Assembly: GCA_963846575.1 (NCBI GenBank) | Contig: CAWJWJ010000002.1 | Span: 2,432,001-2,496,000, forward strand | Length of the DNA stretch: 64,000 nt | Direction: 5' to 3' | From: an uncultured Nitrospiraceae bacterium | Lineage (GTDB): Bacteria; Nitrospirota; Nitrospiria; Nitrospirales; Nitrospiraceae | Part shown: positions 1-10,054 of the stretch, one piece after another | Layout of the letters: each line of letters begins with the position of its first letter | Position numbering within the stretch: position 1 is the first letter of the stretch | Program-made: the position numbers and the translations under genes | The notes under the pieces: generated by a model | Databases searched by the model: none | The model's input: the letters and a program-made list of their open reading frames with translations, nothing else | What the model was told of the DNA's origin: nothing

Positions 1-1
1 G

Positions 2-709
2 GAGCAGTCGCTTCGCCAGAGCGAGCAGGCGCTCGCGACCAGCCGGCAGGAGCTGCAGGATTTAGCCGCCCGGCTGCTGACCGCTCAGGAAGAAGAACGC
101 CGTCGAATCTCCAGGGATCTGCACGACGACATCAACCAGCGCCTGGCCATGCTGGTCGTCCAGGTCGAATCGTTGGACAGCAATCTGCCGCCCTCCGCCG
201 GGAGCTGTAGCAAGGAGTTGCGCTCGATCCAGGATCGCCTGACGGAGCTGTCGGATGATGTCCGCCATTTGGCCTACCAGTTTCATCCTTCCATTCTCGA
301 TGACCTGGGGCTTCCCGTCGCACTGCAGCGTCTCGTTGATGACTGTGCCGGCCGTACCACCCTCGGCGGCATATTTGAAGCGTCTCCCTTACCCCGACCG
401 CTCCCGCAGAAAATCGCGACCTGCCTCTATCGCATCGCCCAGGAATGCCTGGCCAATGTCGTGAAACATGCGCGAGCCACGCAGGTGAAGGTGATGCTTT
501 CGTCGAATACCGAGAGCGTCACACTTAGCGTGGAGGATGACGGCGTGGGGTTCGATTCCCAGAATGTCATCGACGGCCACCGCGGCCTCGGGCTCATCAG
601 CATGACGGAACGCGTACGATTGGTTGAGGGTTCCGTGACCATCGAATCACCCGCCCAACAAGGCACCTGCATACGCATCAGCGTCCCACTCGGGGAGGTT
701 TCCGTATGA
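2..709 (+). CDS. Sensor histidine kinase, HisKA_3/HATPase_c (NarX/UhpB/DegS-like), 5'-truncated by the window edge
   Basis: Frame is open from base 2 and reads ...AQEEERRRISRDLHDDINQRL (HisKA_3 H-box), then YRIAQECLANVVKHA (N-box), VEDDGVGFD (G1) and GLGLISMTERV (G2). The stop overlaps the next start (ATGA). Confidence 0.92.
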   Translation, partial: EQSLRQSEQALATSRQELQDLAARLLTAQEEERRRISRDLHDDINQRLAMLVVQVESLDSNLPPSAGSCSKELRSIQDRLTELSDDVRHLAYQFHPSILDDLGLPVALQRLVDDCAGRTTLGGIFEASPLPRPLPQKIATCLYRIAQECLANVVKHARATQVKVMLSSNTESVTLSVEDDGVGFDSQNVIDGHRGLGLISMTERVRLVEGSVTIESPAQQGTCIRISVPLGEVSV

Positions 710-1347
710 CGATACCCCGCGTGTTGCTCGCTGACGACCATACGCTCGTGCTGGAGGGCTTCCGCCGTATCGTTGAGCAACGTTGCGAAGTCGTGGGAGC
801 AGTCGAAGACGGGCGTGCGTTGCTGGAAGCTTCGATGCGGTTGCGACCGGATCTGATTCTGCTGGATATCTCGATGCCGCTGCTGAACGGCATCGATGCG
901 GCGCGGCAGATCAAAAAGACACAGCCCGACGTCAAACTAGTGTTTGTCACCATGCATGCCGATCCCGCCTATGTGAGCGAAGCGTTTAAGGTCGGCGCGT
1001 CGGCATACCTGCTCAAGCGTTCCGCTGCCCGGGAACTGGACCAGGCCATCGACTCGGTCCTGAAGGGCGAGTTCTTTGTGACAGCCCTGCTGACCAGAGA
1101 CCTGGTCACTTCCCTGTCAGAAGACCATGCCACGCTGTTCGCGAAACGCCAGGACTTGACGCCTCGCCAGCGGGAGGTGTTACAGCTTGTGGCGGAAGGA
1201 CGCACCATCAAGGAAATTGCCGCCATGCTCAATATCAGTCCCAAGACAGTGGAGTTTCACAAGGCTCAGATCATGTTTCATCTCGACCTCCATACTACGG
1301 CCGAACTCACCAAGTACGCCCTGGCACATGGCCTCACGTCGGCGTGA
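706..1347 (+). CDS. NarL/FixJ-family DNA-binding response regulator (REC + LuxR HTH)
   Basis: VLLADDH...LLDISMP receiver domain; LTPRQREVLQLVAEGRTIKEIAAMLNISPKTVEFHK LuxR HTH; translationally coupled to the kinase. Confidence 0.95.
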   Translation: MTIPRVLLADDHTLVLEGFRRIVEQRCEVVGAVEDGRALLEASMRLRPDLILLDISMPLLNGIDAARQIKKTQPDVKLVFVTMHADPAYVSEAFKVGASAYLLKRSAARELDQAIDSVLKGEFFVTALLTRDLVTSLSEDHATLFAKRQDLTPRQREVLQLVAEGRTIKEIAAMLNISPKTVEFHKAQIMFHLDLHTTAELTKYALAHGLTSA

Positions 1348-1545
1348 ACTGTTCCCCGCAACTCCGAAACATTGTGCACCGTCCCCCACCCTGCCGAGCC
1401 GCCCGCAATATTTTGCAGTCAACCTAGGATGTTGCCTAGTTGCTAGTCGTTCACTCATGTGGGTACTGTTCTAGGCAAGTCGCAGCACAGAATCAGCAGT
1501 TCATCGGGTCGTTCTGTCCGGGCATGTGAAGGGGAGGTCAAGGCA

Positions 1546-1749
1546 ATGGATTCCCCAGCCACACAATGTCAGTTTTGCTGGCGTGTTCGAGATGACGGAG
1601 CGACGAGGCCGCTCGCCACGGTCTGGGCCGATCTACCGGCTTTTCTGCAGAAATATGATGTGAAGCCCCATGATCTCACCTTTTCCGAAGGTTATTGCCC
1701 AGACTGTGACCGATTTTACGGCCAACTCACCCAGAATCTTTGGTCGTGA
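1546..1749 (+). CDS. Small hypothetical protein (67 aa) with two CxxC pairs, probably metal-binding
   Basis: GGAGG at 1533-1537 before ATG 1546. CQFCWRVRDDG...FSEGYCPDC resembles the CxxC...SHGxCPxC module seen at the C-terminus of many bacterial signalling proteins. Confidence 0.65.
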   Translation: MDSPATQCQFCWRVRDDGATRPLATVWADLPAFLQKYDVKPHDLTFSEGYCPDCDRFYGQLTQNLWS

Positions 1750-2354
1750 CAGGCTGCGCTCTGAGGCCATCCAACAGGTACACAGGCGAGACAAGGGCAT
1801 ATCCTCCGCGCCGCGGCTTCTTCTTATCGAAGAACCTTTACATCGCGCCGTAGTCCGGTCCCAAGCCTTTCAGTCTTTTGGGGTGGCGGGATCTAACCTC
1901 TGGCGGCATCGTCGTAAATTCATGGGTTGGCCCACACCAAGGGACGCGTCCGAACTCTTCTTTGCATGGGGCACGAGCTTTCAAACCGCTGCGCCCTTGC
2001 GGCTAGGCGTCACGACGTCCTGCGAAGGGCTCCCGCTAAGGATTCCGTCATATCGCAGCCCCCCGTCGGCATGTACTGCTGCAGGACGAGAATCGCGTGA
2101 CCGCGCCCGATGTCTTGCGTGATGTCGTCAGATCAGCCACTCTAACGGATCAGTCCTGGCTTCGCTTCGGTAGAGCGCGTGGGATGCTCCATCCCGCCTT
2201 AGAAAGACTATGTGCTCGGCAACAGGGCCCGGCTGCTACGTTGGTTTCTGTATGGAAAGCTGCCATCATGACAGGTGTCTCGTAAATTTTCACAGGTGCT
2301 ATGCTGCGTAGCCCGATCATGCTGACAGGACGTTGTGGATGGAGGGATGCGCCG

Positions 2355-3770
2355 ATGACAGGTATGAACCGACAACGACCTCAGACGAGTCGGCATCCGC
2401 AGACGGGAGCCGGTTTCAACCGCAGTGCCGTTTGGTCCGGGGTGCTTGCAGTGGTTCGGCCGCGCCGCGGTTCCTGGAGGCAGGGACTCACAGCATTCGC
2501 TCGAGGTCTGGTGTTGTGTGCACTGCTCTCAGTTCCAGCCCTCGAATCGGCCGCTTCACCAGTCGACACCGGATCTCCCGGCACACCTCAACATTCCTTT
2601 TCGCTCGAGACCGTCCTGGAGTTGGCATTAGCCAACAACCCGACGGTCGCCAGCGCCGAGGGGACCATCGAACAAAACCGCGGGCATCAAGTCGCCGCCT
2701 ATACCTATCTCAATCCGTCAGTCAGCGCGAACAGTGGCCGAGGCAGGATGCGAGATCTGGGATTGTTCGATCCCTCCGTACGGGAAACGGTGACCGAATT
2801 CAATCTGACCGTGGGGCAACCGATCGAATGGCCGTCGAAACGTGCGGCCCGCCAACGGGCAACCGAAGCCGGCGTGGCAAGTGCCTCGGCCGGTTTGGCG
2901 GAAACGCGGTTGAACCTGGTGGCGGACGTCAAAGTCGCCTTTTATGACCTGCTTCTCGCTCAGCGGGCCCTGATCCTGGCACAACAGAACCTGGCGACCG
3001 TGGAAGATGTGGACAAGGCGGTACGAACCAGAGTCCGCCTGGGAGAAAGCCCGCAATTCGAAGCCATTCGATCCGGGGTGGAGGTCCTGAAAGCCAACCA
3101 ATCAGTCACAAGAGCAGCCAACCGGGTGCGTGTCAATCGGGTGATGCTCGATACCTTGACGGCCGGCTCGCTGGGTCCCTCCTATGCCATCGACGGCCAG
3201 CTTCACCGCGTCGGGCCCGGCTTTGGCATCGATATTCTGACCGAACGCGCGCTCACCCAGCACCCGACGATCCTCCGGCTGAGGAAATTCGTTGAACAGG
3301 CAGACCATAGGTTGGAGTTCGAGCGTCAAGCCAGGATCCCGAACGTGACAATCGGGGGCAGCTACTGGCGGGAGATCGGTCGAGAAGCCTTTACCGGCGG
3401 TGTCTCCTTCCCGACCCCCGTGTGGGATAGACGACAGGGTGAGATCATCTCGGCATTCGGCAGTAAACGAACGGGCGAAGCGGAATTCCTCCGCGCGCGG
3501 AATGAACTGATCCGCAATGTCAGTCAACACTTTCAGGACGCGAAAACCACTGCCGATATGATCGAGGTCTATGAAAAGGGTCTACTGAAACAGGCGGATG
3601 AAGCCCTGCGGATCGCCAAGTTCAGCTTCCAGCAGGGCGCCTCCAGCCTCATCGAGGTGCTGGATGCCCAGCGCGTGCAACGCCAGATTTTGCTAGACTA
3701 TGCTCAGGCGCAGTTTGACCTATCGATGTCACTCGCACTCTTGGAACGCGCCGTGGGAGGCGCAATATGA
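2355..3770 (+). CDS. TolC/CzcC-family outer-membrane efflux channel
   Basis: OEP-type repeats (SLETVLELALANNPTV, VKVAFYDLLLAQ, FQQGASSLIEVLDAQR); first gene of an OMF-MFP-RND triad. Start chosen at ATG 2355 after GGAGGG; the ORF track starts at 2301. Confidence 0.88.
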   Translation: MTGMNRQRPQTSRHPQTGAGFNRSAVWSGVLAVVRPRRGSWRQGLTAFARGLVLCALLSVPALESAASPVDTGSPGTPQHSFSLETVLELALANNPTVASAEGTIEQNRGHQVAAYTYLNPSVSANSGRGRMRDLGLFDPSVRETVTEFNLTVGQPIEWPSKRAARQRATEAGVASASAGLAETRLNLVADVKVAFYDLLLAQRALILAQQNLATVEDVDKAVRTRVRLGESPQFEAIRSGVEVLKANQSVTRAANRVRVNRVMLDTLTAGSLGPSYAIDGQLHRVGPGFGIDILTERALTQHPTILRLRKFVEQADHRLEFERQARIPNVTIGGSYWREIGREAFTGGVSFPTPVWDRRQGEIISAFGSKRTGEAEFLRARNELIRNVSQHFQDAKTTADMIEVYEKGLLKQADEALRIAKFSFQQGASSLIEVLDAQRVQRQILLDYAQAQFDLSMSLALLERAVGGAI

Positions 3771-5011
3771 TGTCTCGGATCTCAGCGATGTTCATTCCTT
3801 CACGTTCACCGTCGTCCGCCACGCGTCGGACGGACACCCCTAATTTCGTTTATATACTGCTCGGCCTCGTGGTCTTGCTCGCCGGCTACGGGTGCGATGG
3901 GCCGCCCCCGAATGCCACCGGCGCCAATCCGCTTCCACCGGATCCCGGCAAGGGTCTGGTCTATCTAAGTGCCGAAGAGATCCAGACGGCCAATCTCCTG
4001 GTCCACCCCGTCGCGCGTGGGGAATTTCGTACCACCCGTGATTTTCCTGGCACCGTCGAACCGAACGAACATGCCTTGGCCGAGATCACCACACTGGTCC
4101 GTGGCCGGGTCATCGATGTGTATGCGGACCTGGGCCGGGAGGTCAAGGCCGGGACGCTGCTCGCGTTACTCTACAGCAGTGAACTCGGGATGGCACAATC
4201 CGCCTATCTGAAAGCGACCGCCAAGCTGAATGTCGCTGACCGGGCCTTCCGGAGGGCGGAATTGTTGCTGAGAGAAAAGGTCATCGGACTGGCGGAATCT
4301 CAGCGGCGTGAGGGGGAAATGCTCAGCCTGCGGGCCGAGCGACAGGAAGCACGGGATCGGCTGCTCCTCCTAGGCCTCACGGAAGAAGACTTGAGAAATC
4401 TGGATCGAAACCATACGATCCGTTCGCACGTTCCCGTCATGGCTCCCTTCGACGGCCGGGTGATCGCCCGCAACCTGACCAAGGGCGAGGTCGTGGAGAC
4501 CACCGAAAAACTTTTCGTGGTTGCGGATCTCTCGAACGTCTGGGTGACAGCCGTCATTCCCGAAAAGGATATCCCTTTCATCCGTCCCGACCTGACCGGA
4601 ACGGGTCAGACAGTGGAGGTGCATGTCGCCGCCTATCCCGGGGAGGTATTCCACGGACGGATCACCTACGTTGGGGATGTACTGGACCCGGCGACCCGCA
4701 CCATGCGTTTACGACTCGAACTCCCAAATACCGAACGCAAACTTAAACCCGCCATGTATGCCTCGGTCCGTGTCTATTCCGAACCGGAACCCGGTGTCCT
4801 GCTGATTCCCGAAGCCGCCGTTCAACGCGACCGCGACCGACAATTTGTTTTTGTCCAGCGTGAGTCCACCGTATTTGAGGCGCGCGACGTCAAACTGGGC
4901 CCTTCAAACGGCCATGACATCAAAGTGCTGGATGGACTGCTGGAGGGAGAAACGATCGTGACGAACGGAGCCTTTGTGTTGAAGTCCGAGTTGCTCGGGG
5001 AACAAATCTAG
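3767..5011 (+). CDS. RND periplasmic adaptor (CzcB/CusB-type membrane fusion protein)
   Basis: Lipobox-like LAGYGC; VMAPFDGRVIARNLTKGEVV, LFVVADLSNVWV, VGDVLDPATRTMRLR, LKPAMYASV; ends GAFVLKSEL as in CzcB-type proteins. Confidence 0.92.
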   Translation: MMSRISAMFIPSRSPSSATRRTDTPNFVYILLGLVVLLAGYGCDGPPPNATGANPLPPDPGKGLVYLSAEEIQTANLLVHPVARGEFRTTRDFPGTVEPNEHALAEITTLVRGRVIDVYADLGREVKAGTLLALLYSSELGMAQSAYLKATAKLNVADRAFRRAELLLREKVIGLAESQRREGEMLSLRAERQEARDRLLLLGLTEEDLRNLDRNHTIRSHVPVMAPFDGRVIARNLTKGEVVETTEKLFVVADLSNVWVTAVIPEKDIPFIRPDLTGTGQTVEVHVAAYPGEVFHGRITYVGDVLDPATRTMRLRLELPNTERKLKPAMYASVRVYSEPEPGVLLIPEAAVQRDRDRQFVFVQRESTVFEARDVKLGPSNGHDIKVLDGLLEGETIVTNGAFVLKSELLGEQI

Positions 5012-5015
5012 CCTG

Positions 5016-8000
5016 ATGCTCGCCTCTTTTCTGGCATTCGCCCTGCGACAGCGCATCCTCGTCGTCGTCATGGCGTGTATCCTTGCCGCCGGGGGCATCT
5101 ATGCCTTCCGGACCATTGCCATCGACGCCTTCCCCGACGTCACCACTGTGCTGGTTCAGGTCGTCACCAAAGTCCCCGGAATGTCTCCCGCCGAAGTGGA
5201 ACGGTTCGTCACATTTCCCATGGAGCTGCAGTTGATGGGCGCGCCCGGCCTGACGGATATCCGCTCCTTCTCCAAAGTCGGGCTGTCGATGATTACCGTC
5301 GTCTTCACGGATGACATCGATATTTATCTGGCTCGCCAAGTGGTGCTCGAACGGGTACTGGAAGTCCAGGAGCTGTTGCCGCCCGGCTCCGTCTCTCAGC
5401 TCGTACCCAACACAACCGGACTGGGGGAGGTCTTTCAGTTTTATCTGGAAGGGCCTCACGACAATGACAAAGACTTTGTCATGAGCGACACGGATCTGAT
5501 GGAACGCCGGACGCTGGAGGATTGGGTGATCCGGCCCCTGCTGAAGGGTCTGCCCGATGTCGTCGATGTGAATTCGCTGGGGGGATTCGTCAAACAGTAC
5601 CAGGTGTTGGTGGAGCCTGGCTTGCTGCGGAAGTACGGCCTCGCGCTTCACGAGATCTTTGATGCCGTCGCTAAAAACAACGCCAATGCCGGTGGAAATA
5701 TTCTGGAGAAGGACGACGAAAAGTACGTGGTGCGCGGCGTTGGGTTGATTAAGACGCTGGAGGATATCGAACATATCGTCGTCAAGGAGGTAGCCGGGAC
5801 GCCGGTCTACGTGCGGGATGTCGCGGAAGTCCGAATCGGCCATGCCGTCCGCCATGGCGCGGCCGTGGTGAACGGCAAGCACGAGGTGATCACCGGCATT
5901 GTGTTGATGCTGCGCGGTGGCAATGCCCGGGAAGTCGTGCAGTCCATCAAGCACAAGATCGATGAGATTCACCAGAAGCGACTCCTGCCTGATGGTCTAC
6001 GAATCGTTCCGTTCTATGACCGGATCGAGTTAATTACGGCCGCCCTCGACACCGTGTATAAGGCCCTGCTGGAAGGCATTGTCCTGGTGGTGGTCATCCT
6101 CTTCCTGTTTCTCGGAAATGTGCGCAGCGCCCTCATCGTGACGGCCACCCTTATCGTGACGCCCCTCGTCACATTCATCATCATGGACCACATCGGGCTG
6201 ACGGCCAACCTCATGTCGCTTGGCGGATTGGTGATCGCCATCGGCATGATGGTCGATGGCTCAGTCGTGGTGGTTGAGAATGTCTACCGGCATCTTGCCG
6301 AACAACGGGATGACCGATTCAATAAGACCGCGGTCATCATGCACGCCGTCACCGAAGTCGGGCAGCCGGTGATCTTCGGCATTCTGATCATTATTCTCGT
6401 ATTCCTTCCGATCCTGACGCTTCAGGGGATGGAAGGAAAAATGTTTCAGCCTCTGGCTAACACGATCATTATCGCGCTGGTCGTCTCGCTGGTCCTCTCT
6501 CTGACGTTATCTCCGGTGCTCTGTGCTCTGGCGTTGAAGCGAGGGACCGAGGAGGACACGTTTCTCCTCCGCTGGGCCAAACGTGCCTACCTTCCGACCT
6601 TGCAGTGGGCAATGGGCCATCGAGTCATGGTGCTGGCGATCGCTCTGGGCCTCCTGGGAGCCAGCCTGTCGCTCTTTCCGTTTCTGGGGGGAGAATTCAT
6701 CCCCATCCTCAATGAGGGAACGATCTCGCCCCAGACCATTCGTTATCCAAGCATCGCGCTGGAGAAATCGATCGAGATCGAAAAAGAAATGCAGCGTGCC
6801 GTCATGGAGTTTCCCGAAGTGCGCCTGGTGGTATCCAAAATCGGGCGGTCGGAAATGGGGAACGACCCTCAGGAGCCCAATGCCAGCGACCCGGTCGTCA
6901 GCCTTCGCCCCATGGACGAATGGACCACCGCCGAGACGAAATCGGCCCTCGACGATGCCATTCGCAAGCGCATTGAAAAAGTCCCTGGGGCCAACTTTCT
7001 GTTTAGCCAACCGATTCAGCAACGGGTAGATGAACTGCTGTCCGGTGTCCGATCTGAGGCGACCATCAAAATCCTCGGCGAGGATCTCGAGGTATTGCGG
7101 AGTACCGCCGAAAAGATTCAGGGGATCATGACCTCGGTCAAGGGAGTGGGCGATGTGCGAGTGGAGCAGCTCTTCGGACAGACCTATCTCACGATTGACA
7201 TCGATCGCGGCAAGATCTCGCGATACGGCATTAATGTCGCGCACATTCAGGAAATCATTACCACTGCGATCGGGCAGGAAGCGGCAACCCGTGTCTATGA
7301 AGGGAACAAGCGATTTGACCTGACTTTTCGGTACCCTGAACAATATAGAAACAGCGTGGACACCATCAAGAATATCCTCCTGACCACTCCCACCGGCGCC
7401 CTGATCCCACTCGGCGATCTCGCCACGGTCGAGCTGCGTGAGGGACCGTCTCTGATCAGTCGGGAAGGCTTGCAGCGAAGAATCTATGTCGGATTCAACA
7501 CGCTGGGCCGGGATATTGAAAGCGTCGTCGCCGAAGCTCAGGCCAAAATCGACAAACAAATCCAGCTTCCTGCCGGTTATCACTTCGTCTGGGGCGGGTC
7601 TTTCGAAAACATGCAGCGCGCGATGGCGCGTTTGAAAATCATCCTGCCAATCACGATCGGCTTGATCTTTATTCTGTTGTTTGCCTCCTTCAATTCAGTC
7701 CGGCATGCGGCGCTGATCATTATGAACCTGCCGTTTGCGATGATCGGTGGAATCGTAGCCCTCTGGCTGACCGGCGAATATCTCAGCGTGCCGGCGTCCG
7801 TGGGGTTCATCAATTTATTCGGAGTGGCAGTCCTCAACGGGATCGTGTTGGTCTCCTACTTCAACAAACTACGCAAGGACGGCCTTCAAGGCGAGGACGC
7901 GATTATCAAAGGGTGCCTGCTTCGGCTCAGACCCGTCCTTATGACTGCGCTGGTCGCCTTGCTCGGTCTCATCCCTCTGGCATTCGCCCACGGCATCGGA

Positions 8001-8147
8001 TCGGAAGTGCAACGTCCTCTGGCCGTCGTCGTGATCGGAGGGCTAGTCAGTTCCACGCTCCTTACCCTGATCGTGTTGCCGGTGCTCTACCGATGGCTTG
8101 ACCCCCCTGATAAACCGGCCCCCAGTCAGGAGCACGCCGAGACCTGA
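5016..8147 (+). CDS. Heavy-metal efflux RND permease, CusA/CzcA family (1043 aa)
   Basis: IDAFPDVT, EVERFVTFPME, ANLMSLGGLVIAIGMMVDGSVVVVEN, RLRPVLMTALVA, GSEVQRPLAVVVIGG. Confidence 0.95.
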   Translation: MLASFLAFALRQRILVVVMACILAAGGIYAFRTIAIDAFPDVTTVLVQVVTKVPGMSPAEVERFVTFPMELQLMGAPGLTDIRSFSKVGLSMITVVFTDDIDIYLARQVVLERVLEVQELLPPGSVSQLVPNTTGLGEVFQFYLEGPHDNDKDFVMSDTDLMERRTLEDWVIRPLLKGLPDVVDVNSLGGFVKQYQVLVEPGLLRKYGLALHEIFDAVAKNNANAGGNILEKDDEKYVVRGVGLIKTLEDIEHIVVKEVAGTPVYVRDVAEVRIGHAVRHGAAVVNGKHEVITGIVLMLRGGNAREVVQSIKHKIDEIHQKRLLPDGLRIVPFYDRIELITAALDTVYKALLEGIVLVVVILFLFLGNVRSALIVTATLIVTPLVTFIIMDHIGLTANLMSLGGLVIAIGMMVDGSVVVVENVYRHLAEQRDDRFNKTAVIMHAVTEVGQPVIFGILIIILVFLPILTLQGMEGKMFQPLANTIIIALVVSLVLSLTLSPVLCALALKRGTEEDTFLLRWAKRAYLPTLQWAMGHRVMVLAIALGLLGASLSLFPFLGGEFIPILNEGTISPQTIRYPSIALEKSIEIEKEMQRAVMEFPEVRLVVSKIGRSEMGNDPQEPNASDPVVSLRPMDEWTTAETKSALDDAIRKRIEKVPGANFLFSQPIQQRVDELLSGVRSEATIKILGEDLEVLRSTAEKIQGIMTSVKGVGDVRVEQLFGQTYLTIDIDRGKISRYGINVAHIQEIITTAIGQEAATRVYEGNKRFDLTFRYPEQYRNSVDTIKNILLTTPTGALIPLGDLATVELREGPSLISREGLQRRIYVGFNTLGRDIESVVAEAQAKIDKQIQLPAGYHFVWGGSFENMQRAMARLKIILPITIGLIFILLFASFNSVRHAALIIMNLPFAMIGGIVALWLTGEYLSVPASVGFINLFGVAVLNGIVLVSYFNKLRKDGLQGEDAIIKGCLLRLRPVLMTALVALLGLIPLAFAHGIGSEVQRPLAVVVIGGLVSSTLLTLIVLPVLYRWLDPPDKPAPSQEHAET

Positions 8148-8439
8148 CCCGTTGACCGGGAACTGCCGCCACCTATGGTCCCTAGTGACCTGCCGAGGTT
8201 TACCTCTGCCGGGGCATCCTGTATGTTGCACGCAGAGAAATCGTTGGGTTTGATCTGGACCGGCTTTAAGTTGTCCTTCTTCCATGCGTCGTCATGGACA
8301 CCATAGGGCCAACGGGCAATACCCGAGTGATGCTCCCTCACACGAATCCCAGCTAGAAAGCTCCTTCCGCTGAATGTTGCCTTTGCCGCCGCCCGATCCT
8401 GACAATTCCTCGCCGCTCCGGTTCCCGCATCGCAAAACC

Positions 8440-9561
8440 ATGCCTCGCCGCGAGTGGGCTTTGGGAGAATGGGTGCTGCTCATCCCCATGGGAACGGCCC
8501 TCCTCTTCCTGCTGTACGGACATCAGTGGTTGCATGACCTCTCCAATCCTGCCTGGTTAGGCACCATGCTTGGTTCGCTCTTGCTGGTGATCGCCCTGTC
8601 TGCCTTCGCCGTACTCCGTCATGCGGAAGTGCTCGCCGCCCGTCTCGGCGAACCCATGGGAACGGTGATCCTCACGTTGTCCGTCACCGGCATTGAAGTC
8701 ATGATGATCGCCGCCTTTATGTTTAGCGGCCCGGGTAATACCACCTTGGCGCGAGATGCCATGTTTGCGGTGGTGATGATCGTTCTGAACGGAATGGTCG
8801 GCCTCTCCTTGCTGCTGGGTGGCTTGCGGTATCACGAACAGGCTTACAACCTACAAGGGGCAAACGCCTTCCTGGCGGTCATCGTTCCTTTGGCAGTCCT
8901 GGGACTGGTCATGCCGAACTATACGATATCCTCGCCAGGTCCCACCTACTCCCCCCATCAATCCGTCTTCCTGATCATCATGTCCTTAGGGCTGTATGGA
9001 GTGTTTCTCGCAATCCAAAATCTACGACACCGCGACTATTTTGAAGCACCCCGCGGGCAGGGCAAACGCAAGGTCGCCCAACTCCCCATCCATACCGCCC
9101 ATGGCGATGCCTCCGTCTGGTATCACACCATTCTTCTACTTGCGTACTTGCTTCCCCTCGTTGTCCTCTCTGAACATGTGGCCTCGCCGATCAATTACAC
9201 GCTCCAGTTATGGCAGGCCCCTACCGCACTCGGCGGGGTACTGGTGGCGGCCCTTGTCCTGGCGCCCGAATCTCTCGGCGCAGTCCGGGCCGCCCTGGCC
9301 AACCAATTGCAGCGCTCTGTCAATATTCTGATGGGGTCGGTGCTGGCCAGTATCAGCCTGACCATTCCGGCCGTACTCGGCATCGGGTTCGTTACGGAAA
9401 CGACCATTGTTCTCGGCCTGGACACCGTCGATACAATCCTATTGGCCCTGACGTTCCTGATCAGTATGTTGACCTTTACCATCAGACGCACCAATGTCCT
9501 TCTCGGGGCAGTCCATCTGCTCTTATTCCTGGCTTACCTCATGCTGATTTTCGAGAAGTGA
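8440..9561 (+). CDS. chaA: Ca2+/H+ antiporter, CaCA family (ChaA-like)
   Basis: HAEVLAARLGEPMGTVILTLSVTGIEV, LARDAMFAVVMIVLNG, LVLAPE, NQLQRSVNILMGSVLASISLTIPAV. Start uncertain (8374 or 8440). Confidence 0.88.
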   Translation: MPRREWALGEWVLLIPMGTALLFLLYGHQWLHDLSNPAWLGTMLGSLLLVIALSAFAVLRHAEVLAARLGEPMGTVILTLSVTGIEVMMIAAFMFSGPGNTTLARDAMFAVVMIVLNGMVGLSLLLGGLRYHEQAYNLQGANAFLAVIVPLAVLGLVMPNYTISSPGPTYSPHQSVFLIIMSLGLYGVFLAIQNLRHRDYFEAPRGQGKRKVAQLPIHTAHGDASVWYHTILLLAYLLPLVVLSEHVASPINYTLQLWQAPTALGGVLVAALVLAPESLGAVRAALANQLQRSVNILMGSVLASISLTIPAVLGIGFVTETTIVLGLDTVDTILLALTFLISMLTFTIRRTNVLLGAVHLLLFLAYLMLIFEK

Positions 9562-10054
9562 TTGGGCCAGGGCCGCTACCATTGCCGCACGCTCTTATCC
9601 ATTGGGCAACCACTGACCTTCCCAGGTTGCCACAGCCCGGGGGCTTCGCCGATAAAAGGCCTGACCGGTTGACTCACAAAATTGATTCGCAAATAATTCT
9701 CAGCCTAAAATGTGAGTCTTTGGGCGATGAATGTATCCTGAACGGCCGAGCGGTCCCGTCGTTTAATCCCTGGGAAAGGTGCTCGCCTGTTCGCACGTGA
9801 GGAACACTTCGATCTTCTCTGAACAGAAGCACAGCAGAGAGTACGGAACTGTCCGTTACCTCCATAACAACTGGTTTCCGAGACATCCGGCATGTCAAAC
9901 TGAGTCACGCTCGGAGCCCTCATGGACCGAGGCAGAAACTGTTCATAGGATGCCCCCAATGTTTGGTGCTGCACAGCCAGGATTTCGCTTTGCATGTGAA
10001 TAGGGGAAACCGGACTGTATCCATGGGAGTCAACGTTTGCTGAAAGAACCGAAG

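Noticed and set aside
1670..2396. ORFs in the gap before the efflux operon
   Set aside because: No convincing RBS, atypical composition and no recognisable domain; treated as intergenic.
9562..10054. Short ORFs, a GACTCACA/TGTGAGTC inverted repeat (9671-9718) and a GG-N10-GC near 9980
   Set aside because: Matches are weak and could arise by chance; the -24 element lacks the GGCA core.
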